Positions 39,952-49,334 of a DNA stretch of 64,000 bases are shown in pieces. Each line of letters opens with the position of its first letter. Positions within the stretch are counted from its first letter, which is position 1. The stretch lies in assembly GCA_963814335.1 (NCBI GenBank), contig CAWFCO010000005.1:848492-912491 (forward strand), written 5' to 3'. This stretch comes from an uncultured Acidobacteriaceae bacterium. GTDB taxonomy: Bacteria; Acidobacteriota; Terriglobia; Terriglobales; Acidobacteriaceae. Below the pieces are notes generated by a model. The model ran no database searches. It saw only the letters and a program-made list of their open reading frames with translations, and was not told the DNA's origin. Made by a program: the position numbers and the translations under genes.

Positions 39952-41574
39952 TTACTGCTGCACTGGCGCGCCTTCATTGCGGGCCTGCGCCTTCTGCGCG
40001 AGAACTTCGTGCGCATGGTCTTCGAGTGCCTGCGCTTCCGGCATGTAGGAGAGAGCTTTCTGAATCATTGGATCCCAGTCGGCGAGAATGCGAAGGCCCT
40101 GCCGCTGGCCGAATTCGTAGGTGACCACTTTCTCGCGAATGCTTGCTTTCAGCCAATCCGATACGCCATCAATGTCCTGCTCGGTATACGGGATGTTCTG
40201 GCTGGTGAGGTATTCCTTGAACGACTTGAGCACTTCATCGTCGACCTTGAAATTGCGGTCAACTGTGCGATTGGCAAGATAGTTGGCGGCGAAGTGGAAG
40301 AAGACCTGTTTGTAGAGCAGTTGGTCCTGGAAACGGTTGGACTTGGGGGACTCAATCTTTTCGTCCGGCGTGATGCCGCCGCCGCCGTAGACGGTACGGC
40401 CAGAGTCAGTGAATTTGACTTCGCGGTTGGTGGAGTTCGAGGGCAGTGCACCGGCGCGATTGTAGTAATAGTCGTAAAGCGAAACGCCGTTGTAGTTGCG
40501 CTGAATCAGGCGTCCGGAAGGGGTGTAGTAGTGATACGTTGTGAGCGCCAGGCCGGTGTTATCGCCCAGGTTGTACACCGTCTGAACCAGTCCCTTGCCG
40601 AAAGTGGTTTCGCCAACGATGAGTGCGCGGTCATGATCCTGCAGAGCGCCGGAGACGATCTCCGCGGCAGAAGCGGTTCCACGATTGACCAGCACCACGA
40701 TGGGGAAGGTCTTGCCGCCGTTGCCATGTGTGGCTACGTAATTCTGATCGGGATAGGCGCGTCCACGCTGGGAGACGATGGTCTGGCCCTTAGCGAGCAG
40801 GTGGTCGCAGACGTCTACCGCCTGGCTCAGCAGACCGCCGGGATTGCCACGCAAATCAAGCAGTAGCCCTCTGAGATTGGGGAAGCTGTTGATTGCGTCA
40901 ACAACTTCCTTGCCGGTTGTTTCCTGGAACTGCGTGAGGTGGATGTAGCCGATGCCGGGTTGAATCTCGAAAGCGAGATCGACAGAGGGATGCGAAATGT
41001 CGTCGCGGACCAGGTCAAATACCAGCGGGCTTGAGTGACCGTCGCGGATCATCGAAACCTGGACGTGGGTGCCTTTGGGGCCCTTTAACGCCTTTGCGAC
41101 CTGATCAGAGGTCCAGCCTGCGGTGGATTTGCCGTCAATGGAGGCAATAATGTCACCCGGCTTGATACCTGCGCGGTAGGACGGGGTGCCTTCATACGGC
41201 GTGATGACGTAAACCTTGTCGTTCTGCTGCTGGATGACCATGCCGACACCGTAGTAGTGGCCGCGCTGATCTTCGCGCATGCGGGCATAAGCCTTTGGGT
41301 CGTAGAAGTTTGAGTGCGGGTCAAGGACGCGGAGCATGCCGGGTATGGCGCCGTCATAAATGGCGTCATCGACCTTGTCTCCCTTGATGGGCTCGGCATA
41401 GTTCTGTTCGACGATGGAATATACGTCCGCAAATGACTTGATGCTGTCGCGCAGCTGGCTCTCGTCTTCAGATGATTGGGCGCCGACCTTGCCTTGCAGG
41501 ACGAGGCCTGCTACTGCGCAGACGGCGAAGAAGATAGTTAGGCTGAAGATGGCCCTGCGGGCGCGGGGAGTCAT
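39952..41574 (-). CDS. S41 family carboxy-terminal processing protease (CtpA/Prc-like)
   Basis: LDPHS, PDZ domain, DLRGNPGGLL, TASAAEI, GETTFGKG. Confidence 0.94.
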   Translation of the reverse strand: MTPRARRAIFSLTIFFAVCAVAGLVLQGKVGAQSSEDESQLRDSIKSFADVYSIVEQNYAEPIKGDKVDDAIYDGAIPGMLRVLDPHSNFYDPKAYARMREDQRGHYYGVGMVIQQQNDKVYVITPYEGTPSYRAGIKPGDIIASIDGKSTAGWTSDQVAKALKGPKGTHVQVSMIRDGHSSPLVFDLVRDDISHPSVDLAFEIQPGIGYIHLTQFQETTGKEVVDAINSFPNLRGLLLDLRGNPGGLLSQAVDVCDHLLAKGQTIVSQRGRAYPDQNYVATHGNGGKTFPIVVLVNRGTASAAEIVSGALQDHDRALIVGETTFGKGLVQTVYNLGDNTGLALTTYHYYTPSGRLIQRNYNGVSLYDYYYNRAGALPSNSTNREVKFTDSGRTVYGGGGITPDEKIESPKSNRFQDQLLYKQVFFHFAANYLANRTVDRNFKVDDEVLKSFKEYLTSQNIPYTEQDIDGVSDWLKASIREKVVTYEFGQRQGLRILADWDPMIQKALSYMPEAQALEDHAHEVLAQKAQARNEGAPVQQ

Positions 41575-41828
41575 AGACGGGTGGTACCTCCGGACAGCGG
41601 CCGTAATGGGAGAAAAACGAGCCCCGGGCGCAACGGTCTTGGGCTAAAGTATAGCACTCAGAGAATTGGACTCCGGGCCCACACGCTTGGTATGCAGGGG
41701 TTGCGACGAGATGAAGAAGAATCTGATTTTATTGGGTCTCCGCGGGTCGTAATCTTGCTCTCCTGCCATTTACAATGGCGTCTATGGATTAGGGCGGAGC
41801 ACTCCTGCCGCCTCCCCATGTGCTGCCT

Positions 41829-43538
41829 ATGAATTTGAGATTTCTTTACACTCCCGCGGCAATAGTTCTTGGTACGTTGCTGCTCGGTACCTCCGCACAA
41901 GCCCAATCGAATGAAGCGATGGCGAGCCCTTACGGCGGATCGGTCGTTGAGCAGATCATTGCCAGAGTGAATGACCAGATCATCACGAACTCCGATTACG
42001 AACGGGCGATGAAAGATCTGGACCAGGAAGAGCGTCAGCACGGCGCGTCGATGCAGCAGATTTCAGAGGCGCATCGCGACCTTTTGCGCAATCTGATCGA
42101 CCAGCAACTGTGGCTATCCAAGGGCAAAGATCTGGGCATCACCGGCGAGACGGAACTGATCAACCGGCTGAATGAAATCCGCAAGCAGTACCACATGGAT
42201 TCTCTGGATGACCTGGAGAAGGCTGCTGAACAGCAGGGCGTGTCGTACGAGGACTTCAAGGCCAATATCCGGAACCAGATCATCACCCAGCAGGTGATGC
42301 GGCAGGAAGTCGGCGCGCATATCTCCATGACGCCGGGTGAAGTGCGGCGCTACTTTGAGGCGCACAAGCAGGATTATGTGCGGCCGGAGAGCGTGCAACT
42401 GAGCGAGATTCTGATTTCGACCGGCGACGGCGACGCGCAGAAAGTAGCTGCAGCCAAGGCAAAAGCTGAGGATATCGAGAACAAATTGCAGGCTGGCGGA
42501 GATTTTTCTGAGCTGGCAAAGACCTTCAGCAACGGACAGACCGCTAACGACGGTGGGAGCCTGGGAACGTATAAACACGGCGAACTGGCCAAGGTGTTTG
42601 AAGATGCCGTGTTCCCGCTGAAGGATGGGCAGTTCACGCAGCCCATCCGGACGAAGCAGGGCTTCATTATTTTCAAGGTCGTCAGACACTCGCCCGGTGG
42701 GGTACCCGCGTTCAAGGACGTGGAGCAGGATGTTGAGCAGAACTACTACATGAGCAAGATGGATCCAGCGATCCGTTCCTACCTGACGAAGATGCGCGAA
42801 GAGTCGTATATCGACATCCGGCCGGGGTATACGGACACCGGTGCCAGCCCCAATGAGACCAAGCCGGTGTACAGCGCCTATACACCGCCTTCACCCAAGA
42901 AGCGGAAGAAGGTGGAGCGCACGCGATTCCGCGAAACCGGTCACGGATTCCGCCAGAAGTCGGGTGCGAGCGTGGAGCAGGTGGCTGAAACCAAGCCCGG
43001 GAAGAAGGAAAAGCAATCGGCAAAGGCCGAGCCGGCTTCGCTAAAACCTGGCAAGAAGGAGAAGATCCGCTTCGGTCAGGCTCCGCAGGAGACTTTGCCC
43101 AAGGCATCGCGTGCGAGCCAGATTGAAAATGCGGGCGCATTGCCGGAAACAGCAAGCAATGCCACCGAGGAGAATAACTTCGACCAGGCTCCGGTGCAGG
43201 AAAAGAAGACGCGCTTCAGTGACCGGCTGCGGGACGAGAAGAAGAAAGAAAAGAAGAAGTCTTCCAAAGTTCCCCCGGTGGATCCGATGGCGGCTCCAAC
43301 GCCTGATGCCGCGACCATCGCGAACCGGCAGATTCAGTCTGCTCCGCTCGGCCTGAATGGCGATACGGCGTCCAAAAAGAAGAAGCCTGAAACGACCACC
43401 GGCGAAAAGACCCGTTTCAGTGATCGGCAGAAGGAAGAGAAGAAGGATGAGAATCCGACTGGCGATCGTCCGCTAGGCAATGCGCAGGAGCAGGGTTCAT
43501 CGGCGCCAGCGACGCCTGCGGCGAATCCACAGCAGTAA
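41829..43538 (+). CDS. SurA-like periplasmic peptidyl-prolyl isomerase/chaperone with long basic disordered tail
   Basis: Signal peptide, IIARVNDQII SurA N-domain, parvulin domain (FSELAKTFS..GGSLG..FEDAVF). Confidence 0.88.
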   Translation: MNLRFLYTPAAIVLGTLLLGTSAQAQSNEAMASPYGGSVVEQIIARVNDQIITNSDYERAMKDLDQEERQHGASMQQISEAHRDLLRNLIDQQLWLSKGKDLGITGETELINRLNEIRKQYHMDSLDDLEKAAEQQGVSYEDFKANIRNQIITQQVMRQEVGAHISMTPGEVRRYFEAHKQDYVRPESVQLSEILISTGDGDAQKVAAAKAKAEDIENKLQAGGDFSELAKTFSNGQTANDGGSLGTYKHGELAKVFEDAVFPLKDGQFTQPIRTKQGFIIFKVVRHSPGGVPAFKDVEQDVEQNYYMSKMDPAIRSYLTKMREESYIDIRPGYTDTGASPNETKPVYSAYTPPSPKKRKKVERTRFRETGHGFRQKSGASVEQVAETKPGKKEKQSAKAEPASLKPGKKEKIRFGQAPQETLPKASRASQIENAGALPETASNATEENNFDQAPVQEKKTRFSDRLRDEKKKEKKKSSKVPPVDPMAAPTPDAATIANRQIQSAPLGLNGDTASKKKKPETTTGEKTRFSDRQKEEKKDENPTGDRPLGNAQEQGSSAPATPAANPQQ

Positions 43539-43560
43539 AAGAGAAGTAAATCGGATGTGC

Positions 43561-43599
43561 CGGGCCTGAGGCGTTGAGTCTCAGGCCCGCGCTGTTTTT
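43561..43599 (+). terminator. Terminator hairpin after surA-like gene, overlapping GNAT stop codon
   Basis: CGGGCCTGAG-N9-CTCAGGCCCG followed by GCTGTTTTT. Confidence 0.7.
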
Positions 43600-44063
43600 G
43601 CGGGGCGTTCCTTCTCAAATACTTGCGAGAGCTTGGTAATCTCAAAGCCGCTCTGGAGATAAAACCGGTGTGCATCGAGGCGTGTACTGCGGGATGTGAC
43701 GCGGACTTTCTCTGCGTTGTGATGCCACGCCCATTCCTCAGCGCTCTCGCACAGCAGGCGGCCAATACCCTGGCCGCGTGCGCTTTCTTTGACGATTAGT
43801 CCACCGATGAGCGCAAAGGGCCGACTTTGCAGGCGTCGCTCCATGGAGACCTCAATCCAGCCAAGGACTTCATCGCCCTGGCAGGCTACGAATGCGGCCT
43901 GACCTTCCTTGTTTGAGCCGATTGTCTCAATCCAGGAGAGCACGTCATCGGCCGAGCGCTCATAGCCAAGCTCAAGGCAGAGCTGCGCTGCGGCTTCCGC
44001 GTCCCGCGGCTCCATCGGGCGAATGCGGACCGCGCTGGCGTGCGATGAGGGCGATGCATGCAT
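43581..44063 (-). CDS. GNAT family N-acetyltransferase
   Basis: LIVKESARGQGIGRLL acetyl-CoA motif A, AHRFYLQSGF. Start 44063 or 44075; the longer ORF upstream is a shadow of yhaM. Confidence 0.88.
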   Translation of the reverse strand: MHASPSSHASAVRIRPMEPRDAEAAAQLCLELGYERSADDVLSWIETIGSNKEGQAAFVACQGDEVLGWIEVSMERRLQSRPFALIGGLIVKESARGQGIGRLLCESAEEWAWHHNAEKVRVTSRSTRLDAHRFYLQSGFEITKLSQVFEKERPAKTARA

Positions 44064-44156
44064 GGTGCCTTCCATTGTTGCAAACCTCCGCGTGCGCTGC
44101 TGATCCCAAAGACGTTTGGCGGAGTGTAAACGCAATGCGGTAATCTTCTGAGCAGA

Positions 44157-45158
44157 ATGAAGGACATTTATATTGCCGATCTTGCAGGCTTTGACGAGAG
44201 CAAAGTCTTCGACAGTTACTTTCTGCTTCTTGCGCGCCAGCAACGCACCACGAAAACGAACAAGCCCTACCTGAGCTTGACGCTGGGCGACAAGACCGGC
44301 CAGCTGGAGGCGCGGGTCTGGGATCCGAGCGATCCGCGGATTGCACGCGACACCACAACAGGTGACATCGTTAAAGCGCGCGGTTCTGTTTCGTCGTTCG
44401 ACGGCAAGCTGCAGATGAAAATTGAGCAGATGCGCAGGGCAACGGCCGACGAGGTGGCGAAGAGCGACTTGTTGCCGGCGACAAGCTACGACGTGAATGT
44501 GCTGTGGGCGAAGCTGATGGAGACTATTGCCAGCTTTACCGATCCAGATTTGAAGCGGCTGCTGGAGTCGATGTTCGCCGATGAAGAGCTGGCGCAGGCT
44601 TATCGCGAGGCTCCGGCTGCCCGGCAATTACATCATGCATGGCTTGGCGGTTTGCTGGAGCATGTGGTGAGCTTGATCGGGCTGGCAGAAAAGGTGGCAG
44701 GGCACTATCCGCTGGTGCATCGCGACCTGCTGCTAACCGGCGTGATTCTGCACGACATTGGCAAGACGCAGGAACTGAAGTGGCAGATGGGCTTCGACTA
44801 CACGGTGGAAGGTGTGCTCATCGGGCATATTCCCATGGGCGTGGCTTTGGTGGATAAGGCAATGGATGCGCTGGGGGATTTTCCGGCGCGGCTGCGCACC
44901 CTGGTGATTCACCTGATCCTGTCGCATCACGGCAAGCTTGAGTTCGGCTCACCCAAGTTACCCATGACGCCAGAAGCACTGGTGTTGAGCTTTGTAGACG
45001 ACCTGGACGCCAAGATGCAGGCGGTTGTGAACGAGTTCGAGAAGGGAGCGCGCGAAGGCAGAAGCCGCGAGGAGCTTACGGGCAAAGTCTGGTCGCTCGA
45101 TAACCGGCAGATGCTCGATACACGTGGCTGGCTGGAAGGCGGAGAGCACGAAGAATGA
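44157..45158 (+). CDS. YhaM/Cbf1-family 3'-5' exoribonuclease (OB-fold + HD domain)
   Basis: KPYLSLTLGDKTG OB-fold; HHAWLGGLLEH, LHDIGK, SHHG, DDLDAK. Confidence 0.9.
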   Translation: MKDIYIADLAGFDESKVFDSYFLLLARQQRTTKTNKPYLSLTLGDKTGQLEARVWDPSDPRIARDTTTGDIVKARGSVSSFDGKLQMKIEQMRRATADEVAKSDLLPATSYDVNVLWAKLMETIASFTDPDLKRLLESMFADEELAQAYREAPAARQLHHAWLGGLLEHVVSLIGLAEKVAGHYPLVHRDLLLTGVILHDIGKTQELKWQMGFDYTVEGVLIGHIPMGVALVDKAMDALGDFPARLRTLVIHLILSHHGKLEFGSPKLPMTPEALVLSFVDDLDAKMQAVVNEFEKGAREGRSREELTGKVWSLDNRQMLDTRGWLEGGEHEE

Positions 45159-45544
45159 TGTTGACTGGCGCGGCAGGAGATGCGGCGCGCGCGGGTATGG
45201 TGCGCGTCGGGTTCTTCTTCTTCTTCGGAGCTTCCGGAAGGGGCGTTCTTGTTGGGTTGATTGCCGGAGTTTGCCTGTTAGTCGCCGACTGGCTGACCGG
45301 GTTGTACTTCCACAACAGCAACTACTACTCAAACCATGGTTGGCCAAAACTGGCTGCCTTTGGTGCAGCTGCGGCGGTGGTGTGGTTGCTGAACGATGGA
45401 GGAGCGGACGAAACGGTGCCGGGCTCCGAGCTTCATGAAGTCCGCAAGCAGTTCTTCACCAGCAAAGACACCCTGTTCTTTATACCCGCAAAGTACTGGT
45501 CGTGGATTCTATTGGGACTGGGTGTGCTGTTTTACTTTGTATGA
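45155..45544 (+). CDS. Hypothetical membrane protein
   Basis: Three hydrophobic segments; ATGA overlap with the upstream stop. Confidence 0.65.
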   Translation: MMLTGAAGDAARAGMVRVGFFFFFGASGRGVLVGLIAGVCLLVADWLTGLYFHNSNYYSNHGWPKLAAFGAAAAVVWLLNDGGADETVPGSELHEVRKQFFTSKDTLFFIPAKYWSWILLGLGVLFYFV

Positions 45545-45558
45545 AGCCGCCAGTGTGT

Positions 45559-45939
45559 TTACCCAAGAAACCAGTTCCACTGGGCTTCGGTCAAAGGAAC
45601 AACGCTGAGGCGGCCGATGACGATTAGCGGCGAGCCGGCGAAGATCTTTTCGGCTTTGATGGTGGCCAGGTCCCTGGGAGTTTTAAGGCGCTTGCCAACT
45701 TTGACGCGTACGACGGGGACCTTGGGGTCGGTGGCATCGACGGAGACAACGGTGCCTGTTCCCACGGCAGTGCGTTCATCGCCCGTGTGGTAAAAGATCC
45801 ACTTTGTGCCAGGCTTCATTTCGCGCAGATGTTTCACAGCGGTCGGATTTGTGACGCCGTCCCAGACGGTTTCCTTATCGCGCAGAAAGTCGTCGAACGA
45901 ATAGACGTCGGGTTCAGTTTTGAAGAGGAAGTAGGCCAT
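45559..45939 (-). CDS. EVE domain protein
   Basis: MAYFLFKTEP..YS, WDGVTN..A.K.LREMK.G..FYH, GRLSVVPL...W. Confidence 0.92.
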   Translation of the reverse strand: MAYFLFKTEPDVYSFDDFLRDKETVWDGVTNPTAVKHLREMKPGTKWIFYHTGDERTAVGTGTVVSVDATDPKVPVVRVKVGKRLKTPRDLATIKAEKIFAGSPLIVIGRLSVVPLTEAQWNWFLG

Positions 45940-46003
45940 GGAGCCATGGTATCCGAGGTGGTGCGTGGGCTGGTAATCGGGGCGACGGTCAGCGGAGGTG
46001 AAG

Positions 46004-46372
46004 ATGATGACGGCGAGGGATTTCAAGCGGCTGGCGCTCAGCCTCGAAGGCGCGGAAGAAGGTTCGCATATGGGAGCAGTCGACTTCCGTGTGGGTGGAC
46101 GAATCTTTGCCACACTGGCGGCGGTGAAGCAGGGCTACGGAAATTTGATGCTGGCGCCGGAGCAGCAAGCCGAGTTTGTGGCGGAAAGGCCAGATGTGTT
46201 TCTGCCGGTGCCGGGCGGATGGGGACGCAATGGGGCAACGCATATGCGGCTTGATACCGCCGACGAAGGCGTGGCGCTGGGTGCACTTCAGACGGCGTGG
46301 AAGCTGCGCCGAGAATTAAACGAAAAGGCGGGTAAAAAGAGGACCGCCGCAATCAAACGGAAAACTCCGTAG
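46004..46372 (+). CDS. MmcQ/YjbR family DNA-binding protein
   Basis: ALSLEGAEE, DFRVGGRIFAT, WGRNGAT, ALQTAW. Confidence 0.85.
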   Translation: MMTARDFKRLALSLEGAEEGSHMGAVDFRVGGRIFATLAAVKQGYGNLMLAPEQQAEFVAERPDVFLPVPGGWGRNGATHMRLDTADEGVALGALQTAWKLRRELNEKAGKKRTAAIKRKTP

Positions 46373-46399
46373 CACGGTGCGTCGGCTAGGATGAAAGCG

Positions 46400-47191
46400 A
46401 TGACACAGAGTGCAGAATTAAAAGGCAAATGGGCGCTGGTAACGGGAGCCAGTGCGGGGATTGGGACGGCGGTTGCGCGCGAACTGGCGCGTCGCGGTGT
46501 AAATCTGGTTCTTACGGCGCGGCGTCGTGAGCGACTTGAGAGTTTGGCGGCGGAGCTGGCGAAGCAGGGTGCCGACGCACGTGTGGTCATTGCGGACTTG
46601 AATGAGCCGTCCGCGCCGCAGGCAATCTTCGACGCGGTGAAGGCCGAAGGCATCGAAGTCGATATTTTGATCAACAATGCGGGGCTGGGCAACTACGGCT
46701 CCTTCCACACAAACGATGTGCAGCAGGAGCTGAGCCAGGTGCGGGTGAACTGCGACGCTGTTGTCGCAGTCGCGCGACTGTTTGTACCGGCTATGGTGCA
46801 GCGGCGTCGCGGATGGGTGATGGTGGTGGCATCTACAGCGAGCTTTCAGCCGGTCCCGTACATTACAACCTACGCGGCAACCAAGGCATTTGACCGCATG
46901 TTTGCACTGGGGCTTGCAGCAGAAGTGGAAAGATACGGCGTGAAAGTGTCCGCACTTTGCCCGGGGCCAACGGAGAGTGAGTTTCATGAGGTCGCACACG
47001 CGCAGAGTTTTGTCTGGAAAAACCTGCAATCGGCAGAGGATGTGGCGCGCATTGGTGTGGATGGCATGCTGCAGGGCAAGCGCACGGTGGTTCCATATGC
47101 GCAGGGGCGATTTAATTCCTTACTTGTCCGCCTGCTTCCGGTGGGGCTGATTACGCACTACGTGGAAAAGGCTGCGCGGCCAAAGGAATAG
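46400..47191 (+). CDS. Short-chain dehydrogenase/reductase
   Basis: TGASAGIG, NNAG, YAATK. ATG 46400 is 7 nt after TAGGAT (ORF track starts at 46391). Confidence 0.93.
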   Translation: MTQSAELKGKWALVTGASAGIGTAVARELARRGVNLVLTARRRERLESLAAELAKQGADARVVIADLNEPSAPQAIFDAVKAEGIEVDILINNAGLGNYGSFHTNDVQQELSQVRVNCDAVVAVARLFVPAMVQRRRGWVMVVASTASFQPVPYITTYAATKAFDRMFALGLAAEVERYGVKVSALCPGPTESEFHEVAHAQSFVWKNLQSAEDVARIGVDGMLQGKRTVVPYAQGRFNSLLVRLLPVGLITHYVEKAARPKE

Positions 47192-47251
47192 CGGCAAATT
47201 CGTCCCGCGGCAGCTTTAAACATTTCGTCACTTAGATCCCTTCAAGCGAAC

Positions 47252-47758
47252 CTAGGCGTAGGCGTTAATGATGGCGCCGATATTGGTGGCGAGATCTGAT
47301 ACTGCCGTTTGCCTAAGTTGCGAGGCAGCTTCCTGCGCGGTTCGGCTGATGGAGTCAAGCAAGTCGATGCGCACATCTGCTCGCGTCGCAGTTTGGGAGA
47401 GTCCAGAGTCTGAGTAGTTGAGTTGCTGCTGCGGGACGTTGCGCAAGTCACCCTTAAAAGTGACGAAGGCCGTTTTTGCCGAGGTCAGATTGCCGGAATG
47501 AATTGCCGCCCCCAATGCCGTGAGGTCAAGGCGCAGGAGGGAAGCGTGAGCGGGGTTCAGTGACGCCTGAACGCGGGTGAGATAGGCGAGGCGTTGCGGC
47601 GACTGGACGCGCGCGGGGGCGCCCACCACGCTTTGAGCAGAAGTTGAGTGAGTCTGTGGCGGAGTCGAGCGGAGCTGGCCCGACCTTGAAGCCAGACGCT
47701 GCAGGGCACTGGAGAGGGCGGAACCAACTGTGACGGTGGAAGTGGCCACGATCGCCAT
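47252..47758 (-). CDS. Hypothetical protein (168 aa), predicted sigma28-controlled
   Basis: GGAGG RBS; Ser/Thr/Ala/Gln-rich, no signal peptide; sigma28-like promoter upstream. Confidence 0.7.
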   Translation of the reverse strand: MAIVATSTVTVGSALSSALQRLASRSGQLRSTPPQTHSTSAQSVVGAPARVQSPQRLAYLTRVQASLNPAHASLLRLDLTALGAAIHSGNLTSAKTAFVTFKGDLRNVPQQQLNYSDSGLSQTATRADVRIDLLDSISRTAQEAASQLRQTAVSDLATNIGAIINAYA

Positions 47759-47801
47759 AATTTCCTCCGCAGGGAGCTTTCGATGCTCCTGTATGAGTGG
47801 A

Positions 47802-47828
47802 GTATCGGCAGAGCTGAGCCAAACGTGA
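47802..47828 (-). promoter_or_regulatory. sigma28 (FliA)-type promoter
   Basis: TCACGTTT-N11-GCCGATAC versus consensus TAAAGTTT-N11-GCCGATAA. Confidence 0.6.
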
Positions 47829-48021
47829 GTCGAAATCGAGATTAAAAAGCGGAGCGCGGCTGCTTTCTGTGGAAAAGTTCCGGAAGAGGAGAATGCAGCA
47901 CTTCGAGCTGATTCTGAAAATGCATGATTGTGAACAGTTTGGTGAGCACGCGGATTTCAGGCAACCGTTTGAGTCGTGGAGCATCCTATTCAATAACAAG
48001 CAGAGGCTTCCTCGAATCACG

Positions 48022-48072
48022 ACCCTTCCAAGAAAGGTACCCTTCAATTGAGGGCCCTTCTTCAAAAAAAGG
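48022..48072. repeat. Tandem 17-bp quasi-palindromic units
   Basis: ACCCTTCCAAGAAAGGT, ACCCTTCAATTGAGGGC, then degenerate CCTTCTTCAAAAAAAGG. Confidence 0.6.
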
Positions 48073-48120
48073 ACCCCTCCTCTTTCCCCCTTCTGAATCC
48101 CCTCCAAAAAATTGCCTCGC

Positions 48121-48160
48121 ACAAGGGCCCGCCGGAAGGCGGGCCCGCTTGTTTCTTCTG
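48121..48160 (+). terminator. Strong hairpin plus U-rich tail with no coding gene upstream on this strand
   Basis: ACAAG-GGCCCGCC-GGAA-GGCGGGCC-CG-CTTGT followed by TTCTTC. Confidence 0.55.
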
Positions 48161-48215
48161 CCGGGCCAGTTGAACGGCACCTTCCGGCTGGCGCGGAGAC
48201 GGCTACAATCAGACT

Positions 48216-49265
48216 GTGAGTCCGGCGCGAATTCCCAGGAAATCATCCACAAAGAGCACAATTGAGGGCATTGACGAGCTGTACCGCGTGGGTGGTCTTG
48301 TGCGCAGCAGGCGCGGAACGCCGGCAGGCATTACCGCTCGACTGCGCGCGGAGCGCTATGCGGCTGAGGAACTGAAGAGACCTGCGCCCAAGCCGGTAAT
48401 GGCCGCCAATGGTGTGCATTGGATTGAAGTGCCGGCCTGGAAAGAACTTCAATGGCTCTGGCATGGCTTCAGTACGCGCAAGGGCGGCGTGAGCCGGGTG
48501 TACTGCGCGGAAGATGCGCCAGGTGAACTGAATCTCGGTTTCACGGAAGCTGACGCCCCGGAGGCGGTGCAAGAAAATCGCCGGCTGCTGGCGGAGGCGA
48601 TCACCGGGTCCACAGAGACACCGTTGCACCTGGTCAAGCAGTTCCACTCGAACCTGGTACGCGGGGCCGGGAGCGACGGCACAGTCTGCAAAGGCGACGG
48701 GCTCATTACAGACGAGCCGGGCATTCTTCTGGCAGTGCAGACGGCTGATTGTATTCCGGTGCTGGTGGCTGACAAGAAGAAGCGCGTTGTTGGTGCATTT
48801 CATGCCGGCTGGCGAGGCACGGTGCAGCGCATTGTGGAGAATGGCGTGGGCAGAATGCGGCTTCTCTATGGCTCGAAGCCGGAGGATCTGATTGCTGCGA
48901 TTGGACCAGGCATTGGCGCCTGCTGCTATGGGGTAGGCGACGAAGTTCTGTCGGAATTCGAATCGCAGTTTGCCTATGCGCAAGAGCTGTTTCGCGAAGT
49001 ATTTGACTCCGACCCTGTGCGGAAGAAATATCCAATGCTCTTTCTTACCCAGCGAGCGCCCGGGCATTCGCCGGTCGGGCCGCAATTGCATCTGGACCTG
49101 GTGGAAGCAAACCGGCGGCAGTTGATGGATGCGGGATTGCGCGCGCGCACGATTCACGTGGCAGGGGGATGCACGCAATGCGACCGGGATCTATTTTTCT
49201 CGCACAGAGGTTCGCAGGGCTTTGCGGGCCGCATGATGAGTGCGATTGGGATTAGAAGGGGTTGA
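48216..49265 (+). CDS. pgeF: PgeF/YfiH (laccase-domain purine nucleoside phosphorylase) family
   Basis: HGFSTRKGG, QFHS, GDGLITDEP, QTADCIP, HAGWRG, IGPGIG.CCY, FFSHR. Start uncertain. Confidence 0.9.
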   Translation: MSPARIPRKSSTKSTIEGIDELYRVGGLVRSRRGTPAGITARLRAERYAAEELKRPAPKPVMAANGVHWIEVPAWKELQWLWHGFSTRKGGVSRVYCAEDAPGELNLGFTEADAPEAVQENRRLLAEAITGSTETPLHLVKQFHSNLVRGAGSDGTVCKGDGLITDEPGILLAVQTADCIPVLVADKKKRVVGAFHAGWRGTVQRIVENGVGRMRLLYGSKPEDLIAAIGPGIGACCYGVGDEVLSEFESQFAYAQELFREVFDSDPVRKKYPMLFLTQRAPGHSPVGPQLHLDLVEANRRQLMDAGLRARTIHVAGGCTQCDRDLFFSHRGSQGFAGRMMSAIGIRRG

Positions 49266-49334
49266 TATCCAGTTTGGAGGCTTGCCGGGCAGGGATGGTT
49301 TCCACCTCTGCCCGGGCTGCCGGGTTTGACTATC

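Noticed and set aside
41651-41670. TAGCACTC, half of a CIRCE element
   Set aside because: No GAGTGCTAA half nine bases downstream, and the flanking genes are not known HrcA targets.
44064-44627. Upstream 187 codons of the 348-aa ORF 43581-44627
   Set aside because: Antisense to yhaM; GNAT homology begins only at about 44063.
45209-45226. (TTC)5 microsatellite
   Set aside because: In-frame Phe codons in a membrane protein; a triplet repeat would not shift frame.
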